A DNA stretch of 59,989 bases, counting the filler. It is 6 parts of 6 records of this genome, joined end to end, with 100 filler letters (N's around TTAATTAATTAA, not from the genome) between each part and the next. Parts side by side here need not be neighbours in the genome. Positions count along the whole stretch, not along the records: positions 48,246 to 59,989 come from SRR31156797_7163; 5 more parts are not named here. One strand, 5' to 3'. Positions 56,970 to 59,989 of this stretch are shown piece after piece (position 1 is the first letter of the stretch; each line of letters begins with the position of its first letter). Made by a program: the position numbers and the translations under genes. Below the pieces are notes generated by a model that saw nothing but the letters and a program-made list of their open reading frames with translations, was not told where the DNA came from and searched no databases.

Positions 56970-59165
56970 TCACTTCATGGTGTCAAACTTCCAGATATTG
57001 GCAGTATCGCGAGTATGATCCCGCTTCCCTGTTGGTTTGTCTGGTGCTGCATAGATAACCCTTTTCAACGGGCAGTCAAATACTGCGTCATCATGGTCCT
57101 TATGCGCATCAGCATAGACCGCATTCAGTGCCTTTTCCATGGTTGGGTAAAAGTTTTGTATACTAATTTCTTTGATCATCCCTGTACGGATCAGTACGTC
57201 TGTCATTGAGCGATGCACACCACTAAAAGAGATCGTGATGCCAGCTCGACGTACCCGGTCTACGATAAGTTTCAATGCTTCTACTCCGGAGGCGTCAATC
57301 ATGCTTATCCCAGATGATTCAATGATAATGTGGTTCAGATCAGGTTTACTTTCCATATGATCGAGTACCTTGTCCTCAAGGTAGCTGGCATTGGCAAAAA
57401 AGAGGGAACCCTCAAATCGGACCGCATCGATATATTTGCATTCTTGCAAACCATGGGACAGGGCGCCGTGCAGGTAATGATCCTCACCTCTGGAGAGCGA
57501 GACGACCTGGGGGCGCATACTTTTGTAAAGGAATATGATGATCGAAAGTGCCGCCCCAATGAGAATACCCTTGTCCAGGTGCGGAGCAAAGTAGAGAGTG
57601 GAGAAAAAGGTGATGACCACTATTGCCCCGTCGTACCACTGTGCCTTCCAGCTGTGAATCAGTCCTTTAACGTTTATTAGGCCTAGTACTGCCAGCATGA
57701 TGATGGCCGCCAAAACACTTTGAGGGAGGTGGTAGAGCAGCGGAGTGAGAAAGAGCAGGACCACCACCACGGTCAGGCCGGTAAGGACCGATGCCATGCC
57801 GCTTACAGCCCCTGCCTGGAGATTGACTGCAGAGCGGGAAAAAGACCCTGAAGTCGGGTAGCTTTGGCCCATTGCACCGATGATATTACCCAACCCCTGC
57901 CCGATGAGCTCCTGGTTTGGGTTTAATCGGTCGCCGGTTTCGACTGCCATGGCTTTGGCAATGGAAATAGCTTCCATAAAACCGATTATGGCAATGATTA
58001 CAGCATAGGACAGCAATTCTTTTACGGTTTGCAGCTCCAGAGTTGGCATACTGAAACCAGGCAGCCCCTTGGGTACTGTCCCGATAACACTGCCACCGCC
58101 GATCATGGTAAAGTTTTGTGTGTCTTGCGGCTGGAGGCCTACCTTTACCCGCCAGGTACGTTTGTCGGTATGGGCATCTGGAGGTAGTTCATCGCGTAGG
58201 TAAAAACCGGCAGCTTCACCTCCCTCTACCCGTCTAAAAAGCATAGACCGCGCAAGATTACGATGGGTTGCCGTATGGCTATCCGCCACCCTGATCTTGT
58301 GAGAAAGCATGTCTATTTCCTGGAGAAGTATAATCCATTCTTTGCTGCCAGTTTCCATCTCTGCCAGACTCTGACTAAGGGCGGATCGTTGTTCTACCAG
58401 TTTATTGTGGAGCCTGGACTGAATATGGTAGGTCCAGAGAATGTTCTTGGCTTTTTGGGAGCGAATGTTTTCAACCGTTGTGGTTTGGTTGTTTTCAAAA
58501 TTGATCATGGCAGAGAGCGCAATGGCTGCCGAGACCACGATGAGCACATTGGGCAGGCGGGGTGCATATTTTTTTAGAAGGATCATCCCTGCAAATGCAG
58601 CTATGCCAATCAGCAGGGTGGGCCAGTGGGTATAGTGGATGGCAGCTGTTACTACCCGGAACAGGGTTTCGTAGTGATGTGGGGCCGTGTCTACTACCAC
58701 TCCGAAAAATTTTGAGAGCTGGGACGAGGCAATAATTAGGGCAGCAGCATTTGTGAAACCGATGATGACAGGATGAGAAAGGAAGTTGACCACTAGGCCC
58801 AGGCGCAATACCCCAAGCAGCAATTGAAAGATCCCTATCATGAGGGCAAGGAGGATGGCGTAACCAATATAGGCCTCACTACCGGCAGTTGCCAGTGGTG
58901 CTAGAGAGGCTGCGGTCATCAGGGACACCACCGCGACCGGTCCCGTTGCAAGCTGGCGGCTGGAACCAAACAGTGCCGCGAGTATTGGCGGTAGGAAAGA
59001 AGCGTAGAGACCATAATAGGCAGGGAGCCCGGCAAGCTGCGCGTAGGCCATGCTCTGCGGGATAAGAACCAAAGCAACGGTGAGTCCGGCAATGGTATCC
59101 GCCCTCAACTGGGTATGGGTATACCCTTGAAACCAGTCAGTAAAAGGAAAAATTTTTTTCAGCAT
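56970..59165 (-). CDS. SulP/SLC26 anion transporter with STAS domain
   Basis: DTIAGLTVALVLIPQSMAYA, GSSRQLATGPVA, NQELIGQGLGN, GSFSRSAVN, LFFANA, DASG. Confidence 0.95.
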   Translation of the reverse strand: MLKKIFPFTDWFQGYTHTQLRADTIAGLTVALVLIPQSMAYAQLAGLPAYYGLYASFLPPILAALFGSSRQLATGPVAVVSLMTAASLAPLATAGSEAYIGYAILLALMIGIFQLLLGVLRLGLVVNFLSHPVIIGFTNAAALIIASSQLSKFFGVVVDTAPHHYETLFRVVTAAIHYTHWPTLLIGIAAFAGMILLKKYAPRLPNVLIVVSAAIALSAMINFENNQTTTVENIRSQKAKNILWTYHIQSRLHNKLVEQRSALSQSLAEMETGSKEWIILLQEIDMLSHKIRVADSHTATHRNLARSMLFRRVEGGEAAGFYLRDELPPDAHTDKRTWRVKVGLQPQDTQNFTMIGGGSVIGTVPKGLPGFSMPTLELQTVKELLSYAVIIAIIGFMEAISIAKAMAVETGDRLNPNQELIGQGLGNIIGAMGQSYPTSGSFSRSAVNLQAGAVSGMASVLTGLTVVVVLLFLTPLLYHLPQSVLAAIIMLAVLGLINVKGLIHSWKAQWYDGAIVVITFFSTLYFAPHLDKGILIGAALSIIIFLYKSMRPQVVSLSRGEDHYLHGALSHGLQECKYIDAVRFEGSLFFANASYLEDKVLDHMESKPDLNHIIIESSGISMIDASGVEALKLIVDRVRRAGITISFSGVHRSMTDVLIRTGMIKEISIQNFYPTMEKALNAVYADAHKDHDDAVFDCPLKRVIYAAPDKPTGKRDHTRDTANIWKFDTMK

Positions 59166-59542
59166 CGATTACCAGCAGCGAAAGAGTGGTGGGGCCAGAT
59201 AAACCCTAAAGGATGATACCGCAAATACGCTTAATCACAAATATAATTTTTGAATAGGCTGGCTGAATCATATCACTTTTCGTGTGGCGCAGGTGGGTGA
59301 TTCTGAAAAAGAAAGATCAATCCGTTACCGAAATGATAACGTGGGGTTACTTAAATAGTCACTGGCTGAAGGTGTACTGGACGTCAATTGCTATTTTAAG
59401 AGCTCCCACCTGGTAAGCGTTGGGACTGACCAGAGAAAGATGAGGACATAGCGTTGTACAACCTGACTTTTTAATAGAGCGGTTTTACTATTTTTTTTAG
59501 AGATCTGGTCGGAATCCTTCAAGCCTAATAGAGGTCACTCTC

Positions 59543-59989
59543 TCAATGGTGATCAATGTATTTTTGTAACTGCTCATGCCATTTTACGGTATCATATTCC
59601 TGTGGGTCAGTAGGCTCGTTCATCAGAAGATCAACTAAATGCCTTGGTGTCTTTCCTCCAATGTGAAGGGACTTTATACAAGAAACGCAATATACGCAGA
59701 CTTCCTCACAGGGCATTGATTCAGCTCGCCGTCTCATCGTCTTATGAATTTTATCCAAAGGATGCTTTGGATAAAAATCATCTCCACAACATATTGAGCG
59801 TGCACTGTTAAACTTCGTCTCAACAACTTCAATATTCATTTTTCTGAGCAAATTACGTACAGCTCGGTGAACCTGTGGTTTTTCACGGATAGGGCAAGGA
59901 TCATGTAAAGACATTTTTAAGCCCTGGTAGTCGGGATACGCAAACGAATCAAGACTGTCGATTATTTCCCACAAGGATATTGTTGATAT
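59543..59989 (-). CDS. (Fe-S)-binding CCG-domain protein, 5' end outside the window
   Basis: LHDPCP, SICCG, YCVSC, HLVDLL; frame open to the window end. Confidence 0.85.
   Translation of the reverse strand: MSTISLWEIIDSLDSFAYPDYQGLKMSLHDPCPIREKPQVHRAVRNLLRKMNIEVVETKFNSARSICCGDDFYPKHPLDKIHKTMRRRAESMPCEEVCVYCVSCIKSLHIGGKTPRHLVDLLMNEPTDPQEYDTVKWHEQLQKYIDHH

Noticed and set aside
1-59989. CRISPR arrays, rRNA genes, intact transposases or integrases
   Set aside because: No regularly spaced repeat-spacer array, rRNA-like sequence, DDE transposase or tyrosine recombinase ORF was recognised by eye in any of the six contigs.

Overview
This window is not one locus. It is six unrelated contigs joined by artificial 100-bp spacers (N44-TTAATTAATTAA-N44 at 6480-6579, 13563-13662, 29728-29827, 42402-42501 and 48146-48245), so nothing should be linked across a spacer. 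Taxonomy below is inferred from gene content and style only. (1) 1-6479, methanogenic archaeon (Methanosarcinaceae-like): tRNA-Val(TAC), a Cache/PAS sensor kinase, an octaheme HAO-family cytochrome c with a PGF-CTERM sorting tail, a DUF6144-like protein and a flavodoxin-like protein. (2) 6580-13562, very AT-rich bacterium (Fusobacteriota-like): Opu-type osmoprotectant ABC transporter, TPR-adenylate cyclase, MFS, a leaderless autoregulated marR and an Ala/Gly symporter. (3) 13663-29727, Campylobacterota (Arcobacteraceae-like): upp, HepT-MntA and BrnT-like toxin-antitoxin pairs, moaA, rsmE, a plcP/dgkA/GT4 lipid-remodelling-like cluster, and a catechol meta-cleavage operon that lacks dmpC and sits opposite a PAS sensor kinase. 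(4) 29828-42401, Bacteroidota (Prolixibacteraceae-like): a long structured RNA-like element, rteC, and a fucI-DUF6786-fucP-GH172-GH172-ribulokinase-DUF5916 operon that looks like D-arabinofuranoside catabolism. (5) 42502-48145, Bacteroidota: glyS, GT-C, YfhO and GT2. (6) 48246-59989, Desulfobacterota-like: an AT-rich island (Hin-type HTH fragment, PIN gene flanked by inverted 26-bp sites, RHH/ORFan cluster, lysE plus a truncated paralog) followed by TPM-TPR, SulP and CCG-domain genes. The most promising leads are the PGF-CTERM octaheme cytochrome, the repeated ACCTGACAG sites around the PIN module, the D-arabinose operon with DUF6786, the structured RNA next to rteC, and the dmpC-less meta-cleavage operon with tandem 11-bp-period boxes.
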